DNA of 63,103 bases, filler included, from Polymyxa betae A26-41 (GCA_003693705.1; 4 parts of 4 records of this genome joined end to end with filler, not necessarily neighbours in it), one strand, 5' to 3'; shown: positions 38,917 to 52,930, counted from the whole stretch's first letter. Program-made: numbers and translations. The notes: a model not told the origin generated them from the letters alone.

Positions 38917-38998
38917 AGCCGTCGACGAGATTTGAACTCGCGCGGGTAGAACCCAGTAGATTTCGAATCTACCACCTTGACCACTCGGTCACAACGGC
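38917..38998 (-). tRNA. tRNA-Ser(CGA)
   Basis: GCCGTTG acceptor stem pairs with CGACGGC; anticodon arm GTAGA-TTCGAAA-TCTAC; long variable arm; GTTCAAATC T-loop; oligo-T terminator follows. Confidence 0.93.
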
Positions 38999-41900
38999 AC
39001 TTTTTGAAGACCTTTGAATATAGAGAAATCAATTCTCTGAATCAAGCGATTTTGGACAAGAATGACGGTCTAGAGTGATTGTTATTTCCATGTGAAAGCC
39101 AACCTGAATGATTGGACTTGATAGGACGTAATCTATCTAAAAGGTTATGAATGTCCCAGACAGACTATATAATCTGTCTATATCAGTATATAAATATGGA
39201 TTATTCAAATCATTTGGTGGTGCCAGTACAGAAATGCGAAATATTTCACCCGGCAATCTTAATGGCGCATTACGATAAATCCATCGAGCAATAACCGATG
39301 CCAGATTCTAGCAACCTTAAACTCTACCAAACCTAAGCTCAATTCATCGAGATCACAAAGCCAGTTTTAGGCTCTGCATCAAGATCAAGGCTGAAATATC
39401 CAGTCTAATCAGATTATACTCGAAATATGGACTATTCAACGAAACTGATTGTACAGGCGTTCGTACAGAAATGCAGATGATGATCTGCTTATTGTCCATA
39501 AGCTAGTCTAATCATAACAGCCCAGGTTTTATAGTTTGCTCTCGACAATGATTGTTCTATGAGACAACTCTGAAATTTCTGTCAAGGTCGAAAGTTTTTC
39601 AGCGCCAGAATCCATCCAAAAATGGAAGAGCTCCTCTAAAAACGTTCTCGTTCCTGATATTAACGATATGAGACTGAACTGTCGATTTCCTAATCAAATA
39701 GAGGATATTGAAATCTGGCAACAGATTCCAGTATATTTGAGACAATAATGCCACGGCTTCCTGTCATTTGGCCCAAAAATGGCCTACGCTCTGTGCAGCG
39801 CAAAATTCATGTTTGGAATATAATAGAGATGGGAAAATGGCCTAAAAGAGCCTGCCAAAACCCTAATACCCTAACTTGAAGCCAGTTTCAGTCCAAGCAT
39901 GAGTTGACTCAATTCCAATATGGATGTTAAAGAGATGGGATTTGTTTCTAGCAGAGAAATCTCACTCTGGTGTCTGTAAGGTGGAGGTCGAAGGGATGGA
40001 CTCTATCAGGAGTAGGTTCCAGAGTATAAGTAACATTACTGGGCTCAAGACTGAACGCAGCCAAGCACTCAGATCGGGTCAATATCAGAAAGAGAATCGC
40101 TGGGCCAACCATTTCCAAGCAAAAGCGAGTCTGACTCCGGCGTTGCGAATCTCGGCTTTTAAGAATCTGCGCCCAGTTTCGCAACAAGTTGTTTGTTGAT
40201 TCTGATTTATGACCGGAGATGGCGACTGACGGAGTGCGAGCTGAAAACAGCGCGACGTTGTCCGGATATTGATGTGAGATGTGTTACAGGTTTGAATAGG
40301 TTTGATGCGAAATGTGATTGTAATGTTACATACAGAAATCGATTCCCTTCCTGCTAATAGGTTCCTAATTACATCCGGAATTATTTTTTTTTGCAAAATT
40401 TCATTTCGCATTCGTCGCTGTATGTGAGAGCGAAGATTACAGAGGGGACGATGGGGTGAACGAGGGCGTGGACGACGGTGATCTCCAGCTGGCCGCCCCC
40501 AGATCGATCAGTAGAAGGATGCCATCCGGGCGAAAACGCGTCCTTGACCGCAATCTGACTTTATTGATTGAGTTATATTGAATATCCATCCTGATTCTGC
40601 ATCATCTTTGATATCGAATCTGGTCTTAATCGACCTCATAAACATTACAATCTGATTTGCCTGAACAGTCTCTTTTATTTCGTGTTGGTTTTTTATGATT
40701 ATTATGCATTATCTACAGATGACAAAATCCCGGCAATTTTGAAGGCAATGAAATCCAAAACTCTACTGATCCAAACGGAGCTCGGATTGATCGAGAACAC
40801 AAAGCCAGCTTTAAGCTCTGTATCAAGATTATGGCTGCAATTCTGCCTAGATCGGTAGATGTTTATTGAGCTACTTGACTACGCAGAAAAATGAGCCAAT
40901 ATAAAAGTGGTTTTGGTATCCGGAAACAAGACTGGGTCCTTGGGTACTCGACCGTATACCATCGTTTTACAGTCTCAATCGAAATCAACAACTGCTGACG
41001 CATAATGTGAATATCCGTGCAAAAATCACAAAGTGCGCATAGAAAAACTCGATTTTCTCACAAAATTGTCTGATTTTTACTGTAACAGGAATATTTGTCT
41101 AATCAAGTTCACTGATGTAACAGCCCTTCGACATCACCTTTTCGCTACAAAGGGATATTTGATATCAGTGTATTTAGATCTGCGCGATAGGTCGTCAAAT
41201 GAAGCTCTCCAGAGTCGCTCCTGTGTCTCCTGTTTCTTACATCAAATTCTATCAGCAATGTAGGGCGCTGATTTCTTCTGTGATTACAGAGAAAGAGAGA
41301 GATTCCGCATTCAATGTGAATAAATCTCACCAGAAAGCAAACAGATTGTGATCTTTTCGACACCAAATCAAAAGGTGCCAGAAATGTTTCGTCAAACTTT
41401 CCAGACAGTGGATCCTGTTATGGGGAACAAATTTTGATCCGTTTCCCGGGCAGATCTCAGTCACAATGTAAATCAGAATGGAAAATTGAGATGAATGAAC
41501 TATCTCGGACCTCAGGACCTGATTCATAGACTGATCGGTAGTAAAAGCTTAGATAGGCATTCATCTCCGAAACATTCTTTATAGAGAATTTAACGCCAGA
41601 AGTGATTCCCCCCAGACTCTTTGAAATCTGCGGAGATCTTTCTGATAGCATTCCATGAAACATTGCAATACAGGACGACACACAGCATATATTCAATTAC
41701 GTATTGAGCGATTTGCATTGAACAAAGGCCAATCGGAGGCCCAAACCAATTTCCGATACAAAATCGCAATCAGAATCAGGTTTTGTAATGGGCTATGAGC
41801 TAAGTCGACTTCTACATCATTCTGATTTCGAATATCTCAGCGATTTCTATGATATAAAACTTGATAAGGAAACATTACATTGATAGATTCCTGAATTTGA

Positions 41901-42238
41901 GGTGAATCAGTTGTATGATGTAATAAAGATGTTGATAACGATCCACTATCAGATACAGCATATCACGAAATTCATTCTCATTGAATATCTGAATACTATA
42001 CATCAATATCACAGCAATATAATCATTTCATACATTAAAATTACATCCAGATTAAATGAGAAATCAAAGAGATTTTTGAAAAGGGAAAATTCGAGTAAGT
42101 TTATAATATAAATCACAGAAAATCGGTTCCTATAGTGAATGTTGAAAAAAATTGCGACTTTGATTCTGTCAAAGCCAAAAGCTGTAAAAAAGAATCACGC
42201 AGATTTGTCTCTATGAATTTCAATTCGAGATCGTCCTG

Positions 42239-42574
42239 ATGCGATCATGGTCGTTTCCGTTGGCCCTCTTCAGTATGGGCTCGATCGTGGTCCTCCTCTC
42301 GGGTCTCACGAACGTCGCCCTGATCTGGATGTGGTCTACCGGACAGCGATCTCTGACCCTGTACGTCGTCTGGGCCTTCATCGACGCCATCTTCATGTTC
42401 GGAATGGGCTGCTGCTGTGCCGTCCTGACACGTGGCGAACCCGCCCGCGTGGTCATGCCGCCCCCCGACCTCGGCAGCCGTCGCACGTCCCGTAACGTCC
42501 TTCCCCTTCAGATGGAAGCCCTGGATAAGTTCCCGCGGTATACAAGCTATGACTCGCAGGTCTCCGAGCGATAG
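42239..42574 (+). CDS. Small membrane protein with two hydrophobic helices and a CCC motif
   Basis: GC-rich 111-aa ORF: ...SIVVLLSGLTNVALIWMW...YVVWAFIDAIFMFGMGCCCAVL. Confidence 0.55.
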   Translation: MRSWSFPLALFSMGSIVVLLSGLTNVALIWMWSTGQRSLTLYVVWAFIDAIFMFGMGCCCAVLTRGEPARVVMPPPDLGSRRTSRNVLPLQMEALDKFPRYTSYDSQVSER

Positions 42575-44217
42575 TCTGGCGCTGGGCCAGCACGGGCCTC
42601 GGGCGCTTCGTTCTGTCTTTTGCCACATTCTGCATGCTCTTGAATACAACCTCTTGCCGAGGGTTTCTAGGGTTAGGGCTTGTTGCGTGTAAAAATCGAA
42701 GTGCAAAGCTGGACAATTTCACAAAAATGATTTTTTGTTTTTTTGTTTTCTGTGTCTGGCCAGTACGTTTTCCAACAATAAACGGGCGAACAGTTTGAGA
42801 TTTTTTATCGAATTGTGATAAAGTGATGCAAGATGGGCCTATTTCAGATTCAGAGAAGCAGCATTGTATTTTGCTGGGATTTTTGACCAGATATTCGAAT
42901 TTCTGGTCATGATAACGTTTGGGTCTTCTTAGAACAAATTCTGCTTTGATGTTCAGAACTTCAAGCTGCGATTCCCAAGCTTGGACGATGAAACGGGAAT
43001 GATTTAGGATACGTTTCGGAGAAGACGTTTAACAAGAGACTTCTAATTGGTGTTATGATGGATTTTCCATCATTAACAAAAGGGCAATTTACCTGGAAAG
43101 TTTCATAGACCTGCCAATCGCATTCTGCCTCTAACTGCTTGAAAACAAAACTTTGTCGCAAACAATCCTAACCCTAACCTCTGCATCCAAATCACCGGTC
43201 TCTGCGACAACATATGACGCGGAGAGAAGCTTTTCGCTGAATCACAATGAAACGCACACAGGAGACTTAACATAGTTGGATTTTCCTCTCATTAAGTAGC
43301 TCAATGAGCGCCAGAAATCCCCGAAATCCTGGTGATTGAAAGCAGCAATCCAATTGGATCTGGATCAAGGCTTCCGTTATTGCAAGGTTTTGGAATCCAC
43401 CCGTAATGAGATTAAAGAGCACAGAGCGCCATCAAATTCCATGAACTGGAAAGCCTCCGTGGTCCGACCGACTTTTGTATCTGATTTCAGAGCTTTTTGT
43501 ATTCAGAGCTTACGCTCTCTGTAAAGAGAAATTGGTGAAGAGAGAGGTTGGCGACATTCCAATCTGACCAATTTTCATATTAAACTCGCACATAGAGCAG
43601 GCCGGCATATACAGGACAGTTTGGGCTGGATTTTAATGCTAAAGAAGAGATTGTAAGGCAGCCGTTAATACAGATTCTTTAATTGTTGTTACACATATCG
43701 TGTTGGATTAAGTCGGACATGACGATTTCAGAAAGCTCTCAGCGATCGGACTCGAACTCCCAACGATCAAGAATTCTTTCGTATTGGTGGCAAAATTGCC
43801 CAAATTCGTTAGCGTAACATTAACAACTGTGATTTAATTCTGAGATGTTACATGCAATTCATGCTCATTATGCCCCTTCTGCCATTGAACTATATCGTGT
43901 GTTGATCGATTCTAAAGGAATAGTTACTAACGACTTCAAGAACCCTGGCAGTCTATGTCTAGATACAGAATAATGCCGGAATCAGATCACTATTGAGCTC
44001 ATATCAACTTGTGCAACAATCTGCCATCCAGAGCTACAAACTACCAAACGGGAAAACCCTAAACCCTAACTTAATGAATCAAGAAACAACCTGATCGGGG
44101 TACACAGAGAACCAACACTTCCTGACCGTAACAAAATCCGAGAGTTCATTATTTTCACAAAAATACACTGAATTACTGTATCCAAGACACTGAGGGGCCA
44201 GTACGACCCCCGTCCCT

Positions 44218-46343
44218 CTACTGCTGCTGACGGTGCCACTGACGAACAGTGTCGGCCAGCATGGTGGGCGTCGTGGACAGGATCGCCGACCCGAGCTGGG
44301 TCCAGTACGCCAGCCAGGCCCAGGGCGGGAGCCAGGCCGGCCGCGGACACCGTACGCAGTCCATGGGCCGGGCCACCTCCATCGCCTGTAGGATCGCATG
44401 CGCCGTGCCCGTCAGACCGCCGTCACGCAGACTGCGGGAAACGTCCAGAGCCCGGGAGCGGTATTGGTCAAACTCGCGGAAAAACTGGTCAATGACGGAG
44501 GCCGCGTCCTGGACGAATTTCCCGAACGGGACCATGGGCGGTCCGAGCCCGAGCCGATACAGTCGATCGGCCCAGAATCTCTGATCCATTAGTAGTGTGC
44601 CCGTGACCAGGACAGGAATACCGGCCCGCAGAACCTCCGCCGTCGTACCCAGACCACCGTGGACGATGGCCGCGTTAACGCGCTTGAACAATCGACCGAA
44701 CGGGACACTGCGGACATGAAGGAGACGTCGTTGGCGGATTAAATCACGGAGTTCCTCACGGTCCGAGGCGGACGGATCTCCTCCCACCAATACGATACGA
44801 GGTTTAGTGACGGACTGCGTGGCAATCGACCAAACGAGACGGCTTAATTTGACGGCATTGACAGGCATACTGGAGAACGAGATCGAGATCACCGGACCCG
44901 GAAGACCGGAGTCCGTGAACTCCACGATGTCCGCGTCTGACTCCGGCTCCGGCAGATAGATAAACCCGGACATGACGATACTCGACGGCCAGTCCGCAGG
45001 TCGCTGTCCGAACGCGCACTCATCCATGGGGACCACGATGGGTGCGGCCTCCTGAGCCAGTAAGTAGTCATACGGGTCGGAGCGGGTCCCGCGCAGGCCG
45101 CGCCTCCGTCGCAGCCTGTTGAGTTCGTCACCAGCAAAGACGCCACGCAGAGCCCGAACCAACTTGAAGTCGACGTTGTCCGCGTCCTGGCCCGGCAGGC
45201 AGACGATGGGCCGGTACGTCCGCGACGGGATGCCGGCCGCCTGTAACAGGACGGCGATGGCCGGGACCCGTAACGACTCGGAGATCAGGGCGGCCATCGA
45301 GATCATCGTGAGGCCGTACAGGACGGCGTCCGGGCCAGTACGCCGCACGAGGTCGTACATAACCGGTTCGGAGTCGAAATATTCGACCTCGCAGAGAGCC
45401 ATACAGGCGGCCTGTATACGAGCGGATGGATGCGCGAGGACCGATTGGGCGAACGGCTCGGCCATCTTCGCGGCGGTATCACCACCAGAGGGACAGAAAT
45501 CGAGACGGCCGTGACGGACATCGCTGCGGTCTTCGATGAACGATTGGAAGTAGGATTCCGTACAGATGGTTATGTGATAGTTGTGATGTTCGGCGAGATG
45601 ACGACTCAACGCTAAGAATGGCTGAACATCACCTCGCGTCCCTCGTGTTAATATCACCAATTCTTTAACGAACAATGAACTTTCTCCTATTAACAATAAT
45701 CTCAATACATTCATCTCGTCATGGAAAACAACGAATTCCACATTAATGATCAATGAAAAGAATCAGAACAAAACAACAAAAATTAGAAACTGAGTTTTCG
45801 GAGCCAGAGGAAAAAGAAACCTTTAAAAATGAGAAGAAAAAATGAGAAAAAAGATAAAAAAATTGAGAAAAGTTTGAGAAAATTTTGAGAGTGGGTCACT
45901 CTGTCGAGACCTTTTGGTATCGTGAACGTAACGTGAGTAGGGCGATGATCGGGTCCCATCAGAATCCGTTTCGATTCATCCTCCAGGTAGAACGAATCCG
46001 TCTGACGAAGGCGTCGGGTCGGGATTCGCAGCGACGCCGACCTCGGATCACAGGCGGAGCACGACAGCGCCGCCGCCGGCGCGATCAGCTCGACCCGGAC
46101 GTACTGGCCCCGCAGGAACGGCTGCAGATCGACGTCGGCTGCCAGCGTTGATCGCGGCTCGAATCGATGACACCACGGAGTCACGTCCTCGGCCTGAATC
46201 GAGACGGTGAGCGGCGTTTGGCGCCATGCAGGCGGCAGATGCGAGATGGTGAGGAGGGCGGCGTCGATGCTGGCCGCCGCCAGCAGCAGACCGACGACCA
46301 GCGTCGCAGTGATCCAGGACGAGGTCAAGGTCGTCGCCGCCAT
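44218..46343 (-). CDS. Sterol 3-beta-glucosyltransferase-like GT-B glycosyltransferase with an N-terminal hydrophobic exon
   Basis: ILTRGTRGDVQPFLALSRHL at the N-terminus and AAIVHGGLGTTAEVLRAGIP...DQRFWADR (UDP-sugar site). Upstream ORF 45783-46343 has a signal/TM segment and is separated by a T-rich intron-like tract; the joining is inferred. Confidence 0.85.
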
Positions 46344-49195
46344 TCAGTCGGCGTCCCGCGAAAACGTCCACAAAGTCGCGCGGCCTTCTGCGCGAAACTG
46401 GTCCAAGTGGCGGCGGCCGCCGTGGCGCGGCCACCCCCCAGCCCTGATGTGACAGAAACTTCGGATTGAGCTGCCAAGCTGGCTTGATTACAGTTGCCAT
46501 TGATTGATTGGGGTTAAGGGTTAGGGCTTCTCTATTGCGAATGACAATTATAAGGAACCGGACCAGTTAGTTCATTGCGATGAAAATTTCCAGTTTATGA
46601 AGCTGATATTGAACATTACTGGGTGGAGGTTTCGCCTATTGAAAGCGTACCTTGATCCGGGTCATACTGTTCAATAATTCACGGATATCGATGTTTGCGG
46701 TTTTATTTTTGACCGCTCTCATGGCAACGTCACACCAACGGTTTTAAAACTGTTTGCAAACTGGAACTTTCTGAAAAACGAAGTAGGTGGCGACCTTGAT
46801 TTCTTGTCACAAATCGTTATTATTATCCATAGGCCGCTAACACACCGACACACTGCAATACAGTGTGTGAGCGACAATGTGACCGAAAGCGAAATGATCG
46901 CATTTCGGATTTGTAACGTAACATTCGCACAATAAAGCAAACTCACCCGTTCCCAGCCAGCTGCAGCCTCAAATATAGTAGAGGTAGCTGAACCACAGAA
47001 GCTATTTGGCAGATGCAGGAAGTAGCCTTTCAGAATTCTATTAAAAGAGATGTCACAATATTGTGGTGAAATAAGGTCTGCCCAATATCATTTATTTTTT
47101 GTGAAAGAGGTGAAATTCAAGATCTCGTTGCAAGCATAAGATAATCGCTCCGTCAGATCCATGAACGAACATCCAGCTGGAACATTCGCGGGTCCATCAG
47201 GGAGCATTCATTCGAAGATTTCGAAAACAAAAAACAAATAGAAACTTTAATTAGAAACTCCAAAAATCAGAAATTTTGTTTAGTTCATTAACAGCAGCTG
47301 TCGCCATAAAACCATCTTGTTAGGTCAGAATCGATCTGTCTCCATCACACGCGTCCTGCCTGTTTAAATCCATGAATCGCCTTTCCAGGCGAGACACCAT
47401 GATTTGCGAAAACCCTAAACCCTACTTAAAACGTTGCCAGTCTTTGTTCGACCCCGTCAGGTGCTCCAAGAGCAGCTCTGCCTCTAACCGTATTGACGTC
47501 GATTTACTGTATGAACATTTTCTGCTTGCGGCAATCGATACCTGACTGGGTTCTGTCCGTCTCAGGCATGTTTGGTGTACAGTACGACCTGAGTGTGCTG
47601 CTGTTATTCATGGCCTCCCTATAAGGCTTCCTTTTACAGATAGGGATACTCATGACATAATCTGCGATAAGGTTTAGGGTTTTATGGAGCCGCGTCTCCA
47701 CAAATAGAGACATTTGAAAATCAGCTTCCGGAAGAGCCAGTACCACCCGACTGGATGAATTTTCGAAATCCGCCTTTGGTTGTCGCGGAGCAGCCAATGT
47801 CTTCGACCTTCTCCGGAGAAACGTTGCATGATGCTGTGCTAAGCTCCAGAATCCAGTCTTGTAGAAAATGTTCCGATTTGGCACAATTTTGAGGATTTTA
47901 AAGAGTTTCTGTCTAAGCAGAAAACGAGAATTTTGATTTTCTGAGAATCTTGTGCAACTAAATCTGCTCATGAGAGCGACAAGATGTTGGCTGATGCTGG
48001 AGGCTCTCAGATTGATCTGGCAGAATCAAATCGCAGCCAGACGGCCCTCGATGTTCTCTTCATTTGCGGTGAGCGTCATTGTCAAGCTACAAGGCGTCAC
48101 GATTCGATTTTTTATATCCGAGCTCGAGAGCCTATGACCATAAGCGTCCGCAGAGCAGAGTCCGCCTCGGACGGCGGCGAAGGTCGAAGATGTTCATAGA
48201 AGCCGGCTGGAGCTAGGAGGCTCCAGCGCCTCAGAAAACTCTGTCCGAAACGAATTGGCTGCAGGGATGTCACAGCTCTGGATTGTTGTCATGCATTATT
48301 TGGGGCCAGCGTGTCCGTCCCCATTCCCTCTCGTTATGCATATTCGATAGTCTGATTGTTACCAGTGAAACCCACCCGTAGTCAGCTAAGACCGATGAAA
48401 TGGATCTCGAATTACGATACTTGAAATTATGCAGACGAACCAACGCGATTCATCGTTCATGCTTCTTCACGCAGCCGTCGGCTGCTGTAAGTCGCCGCAC
48501 TGGATCAGTTACCGATACTGTTGTAAACTACTCTCTATTATATGCGATGGTATCTGCAGCAATCTGGCTCCCAGTAACTGTGAGCCCATTTTCCACTGTT
48601 TTGGAAAGAAAACTGCTGATGATTTTTCCAAATTGTTTTTAAGCTCCCATAGTTAGTGCACCGATTTTGTCCAAGAACGTATCGCCAATAGAACTTGGGC
48701 GATTTCGATCTTGATGTCGTATTGGTATCAGACTCGAACGAATGGATCCCTCCTTAGATATTATGCTCCTATAAAAGCTGCTTATCAAGGTATGGCTAAG
48801 AAGTACAGAACTAACAGAATCCACTACAAGATAATTCCGCTTTTTCCATCAAATCGCTTTATCGCAACCCTAAATCCATAATCGACGCCTTCTGATATAA
48901 ATGTCACTTTACTACAAGAGCACGGCCTCGGCAGCTTCTAACGCCATGCAGATAAAGAGCGTCGCTTACAGCTTGAAGCCAATTTAACAGAAGAGACGCA
49001 GCCTCTGCAAAAGCACCCGTTGGGTAACGATTGGAAATTGCGCAGTTTGCAAAAAAGCTGCGACGACCAGAATTGCGCGACTCGCGCAGTTTGTTTTTTG
49101 CTTTAATTTGCGAAAAAACTGCGTGGTCAATCACGCATCGGATCGGAGCCGATCCCGAGAGGCAATCGATCTCCTCTCCGTGCTTGAATCGCGTC

Positions 49196-50343
49196 ATGGC
49201 CTCCGTGTCGGACCCTGCTAGAGGGTCGCCGCCCGACCCACGAAAGCGTCCCGAGATCGGCCCGGCGCTGACGACTCCAAGATCGTATTACGAGATCGTG
49301 CGCTTTTGCGAGAGCCTCGATACGCAGGAGTATTTCGAATCGTTGAAGATCACGAAGCTGAAGGTGAGGGTTGGGACGAGGTCGCTTGATGTGAGCCCTC
49401 TGCGACTGATGTTCGATAAGACCATCGTGGATGTCTCAGGGCTGCGTTATATGTATGCAGCCGAGACTACACGCGACGTCCTCATCTTCGCGATCAGCGC
49501 CCATCTCAGGCTGAGACACATTCCGCGAGATTTGCGCTTTCGCATCAAGGAACTGCAATATTTATTAGATTTTGATGTCATTCCAGCTATTCGATGTTTT
49601 AAAGGTATGTTTTGAGGTTTTTAGACCACATTTTCTGCAGAAGCTTTTTAGACTATTTCTAAAACATTCTCTGCAGACGCTTTTTTGACCATTTCTAAAG
49701 CATTCTCTGCTTTTTGCAGCTTTGGAAATATTTATTCAAAATCCTCGTCACTATGTCAACAACATTTCCTGTTTTCCACGTTACAAATTTTAATCTAAAT
49801 GTAACATTATGGAAATCTGAATTTTTGTCAGACCATTGTGGCGGCGATCTTGACAAGTTTATTGGAAAATGGGGCGATCCCTTCCAGATCCATCGATTCT
49901 TGAAGACCAGCTGTCGAATGGGATCTCTTTGTAATCAGACCCCAATACCCCGGGACCCCAGAACATTGGACTCATTACCCCCGGACCCCAGCACATTGCT
50001 CCGATTCGCCTGGAACGCTCACGGACAGGTTTCCTGGCCGAATCTGCACATGCTCGTCCGCTATGGCACGAAAAGGAAGATCCAGATCCTCCAGATTCTG
50101 CTGCAGAAATGGGGCCAGTATCCCCGGCGGACGCTCGATGCGCGTCTCTACGACCTGTTGGAAGATGCGCGGGCGGTTCTGCGATGCTTTCAAGATCATC
50201 ATGATTGCGATTATGGAGTGTTTATTACCACCTGGGGATCGTCTCTCGCTTATTCGCATTTCTCCAATAGGCATTGTCCGGGTCCGCACGCTGACGGCTC
50301 CTCAGCGATCTGTGGCGCTCTACGCGCCAGGAAATTCCAATAA
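49196..50343 (+). CDS. Intact two-exon gene with two copies of the Crypton-derived Cys/His domain (intron 49605-49831)
   Basis: Splicing AAAG|GTATGT...TGTCAG|AC gives DVIPAIRCFKDHCGGDLDKFIGKWGDPFQIHRFLKTSCRMGSLC; second repeat AVLRCFQDHHDCDYGVFITTWGSSLAYSHFSNRHCPG...C; basic RKRP near the N-terminus; no stops. Confidence 0.78.
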
Positions 50344-51124
50344 ACATATATTCAGGATAAACATTTATTCAGTCACGCCTGATATTGTGTGTTTTTTGTC
50401 TGTATTTCGCATTCTGCTTTCTCTTGACAGCTGCTTTGATGGATCAGACGAGGCAATCCCTAAGCCCTAACCATTTTTATATTGCGCCCAGCCAATCTGT
50501 TTAGATCAAAGATAGACTCTGTGCCATTGTGGTATTACCTTGATTGAGATATTGATTCCACGATTTTATTTCGAGGCGGGAGTATAATCCGTGTCGGATT
50601 TCTGGCAGAAGCGATGGAGGCCTGCTGCTATCATTTTGACTAGATTCCGCGGATCTCTGCAGCTTGATCAAGAATCACAGAGCTGTGATCAAGGCCCTCA
50701 ACTAGAGCATCAGCTGTATTTGATTCCTGAGTAACTTCTCTTTTAAAATCCTGAATAGCTATTTGTATAAATTTTGAATAAAGTTGACAGTTGCAATATC
50801 TTGGATATGGATGGATTTTGAAGGAGAAAAAGGCGTCATGAGGTGCCGCACCTGATGAATAGCCAGTATAGAGAGCGATTTTCAAAACAAATTTTGATAA
50901 AAACGGTTTTGCAATGAAGGAGTTCAAGTTTTGTAAGGTCTTTGGCAGAGAAGAAAGTACGTAAACGGATCTAAGTAGATAGTTGTGCTGGGCGATTTCG
51001 GGACTTTGTAATAAAATAACCGTAAACCCTAAAACCCTACCGAGATCTCTCTCTCTAGCTGAATGAAAGGCTTCAATGTAAATATGAAAATGAAACGACA
51101 TTGGCCAAGTCTTTGCGGCGATTC

Positions 51125-52120
51125 AAACCCTAACCCTAACCTGCTGGAAACGAACATTGTATGATGTGAGAGCAGTGGGAATATCTGACACATCTTACTC
51201 AGCTGTCTCCTGCTGGGCGTTTATAATCCATTGTTAAACTCAGGTTTAAAATATCTGAGGTTCAACTTGCCGGCAGACAAGGCCGCTGTGTTGACAGAAT
51301 CCGTTTTGAAAGCCAAATCTATCATTTCCACGCAGAAATTCCGCGAAACTGAAAGGTCTCCTCCACTTTCGGATCCCGAACCGTCATTCCAACAGCCGTA
51401 ACTAAAACCTTGACGCTCGTTTCCATACTGGCCCTGTCCGTAACGGTCAGCGTAGCAGCAACAGCCCCTGGTCTTTGTAGGTTTCGTTCTACAGGCGGGT
51501 TAAAACCCTATGCAGAGACATCATCTGTGGAGATGATGCAGACTGCAGATGTTGATCTCGAATCTCGAGTTTAACCTGCTGAAAACCCTTCAAGAATCTG
51601 CATTCGATCTGACTATGAATGAATCGGGTCTAGATAGGACCCGTCATAATATCAATGATGTTGATATGAAGATTTTGAACTCCCAACCTGCAATTGAAGA
51701 GATTGGATGAATGATGGAATATCTTACAAAGAGGGCGGCGTCAGCGATCCCGTGCTATACATTGAAGATGAAGTAGAATCTGATGCTGAGTCTTCCCGTC
51801 TTCCTGAAGGTATAAAACCGATACAGTCCAGGTTTATGAACATTTTAAAGCGTGTTCAGAATGGAATTATTTCAATACGGAAGTTTCGAATCACATAGAA
51901 TGTATTGAAGATCATTGTGCAGGTAACTTTGACAAATTCACAGCTTTTCGGATTCCGGATTTAAAAGTGGCCGGACCCAAATGGGCTGCAATGCGTAGAG
52001 ATAGAATGACAGGGAAAACTTCATCGGCACCAGGATATTATGTTACTAGGGTTTAGGGGTTGTATCAACTCGGCAGGCTTTTAATTTTGTTGCCGTCGTG
52101 ATGTTTCTTGTATTCGAATA
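51125..52120 (+). pseudogene. Degraded duplicate of the 53583-54810 unit
   Basis: Colinear DNA similarity including the upstream AAACCCTAACCCTAA. ATG changed to TTG, frameshifts, second domain deleted; retains VYEHFK...NHIECIEDHCAGNFDKF. Confidence 0.75.
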
Positions 52121-52689
52121 TCCCTTCAAAATCCAATAAGAATTTCCTGGAATCAGGCAGCGGAAGATTCGGATGTGACAAAAGCTTACAGAATTCACAA
52201 ACTGTGCTGACTTAGCTGAATATGATGATCATGACTGAGGCAGGTTGCGCCGCCATCTTTGTCATTGTGTTCCACAATCCGCCCTCTCTATAACGACACT
52301 TTTTATAACGACAGCTCCATAGAAGCCCGATAATGCTACAGTCCTCCCTCTCTATAACAACGACACTCTTTATAAGGAAAGCTCCATTCTTTATAAGGAA
52401 AGCTCCATAGGAGCCCGATATGTTACTTTTACGGATATTGTTCGATAGATTCTCTTCAACGACATCAATAACTTGGCGGCGCGGCCCCATGTCTGTCAGA
52501 TGAGATTTTTATGGGGCTCTTTGATTCTCATCTCGATCCTTAACAATATAACCTTGACGTTCTTCCATCGCCTCGTCACCCTTAGACTAGCCAGTTGGGA
52601 GGGTTACCATTGCGTCTGGCGCTCAGACCCCTTTATCACATGGTCCCTACTCCTTCGACAAAGAGAGAGTCGTTCGGGATAGCCGGGAA

Positions 52690-52930
52690 ACAGCTGATGG
52701 CCGAGTATACAATGATAATATTACAGAGAAAAAAGACTAGAATCGCAGAGCTGGTTTCTGAAAGATTGGGTTATCAGGTCTGCCACTCGACTATTTCTGG
52801 CTTTGTAAGAGACCTTACGAAGTACAAGAATCGTGAACATTCACTTGGTTTGAAAAATTGTGAGCAAAATAACGTTATCGACGACAAACTGAAGCGCATG
52901 GAAAGTTTGTTTCAGCACTTTTCGGGATAA
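52690..52930 (+). mobile_element. Possible pogo/CENP-B-type HTH fragment
   Basis: IAELVSERLGYQVCHSTISGFV resembles a CENP-B/psq-type helix-turn-helix; no catalytic domain found. Confidence 0.3.

Noticed and set aside
39100-41700. Internally repeated, decayed coding-like sequence (39335-39400 similar to 40780-40845)
   Set aside because: Too many stops and no recognisable motif to assign a product.
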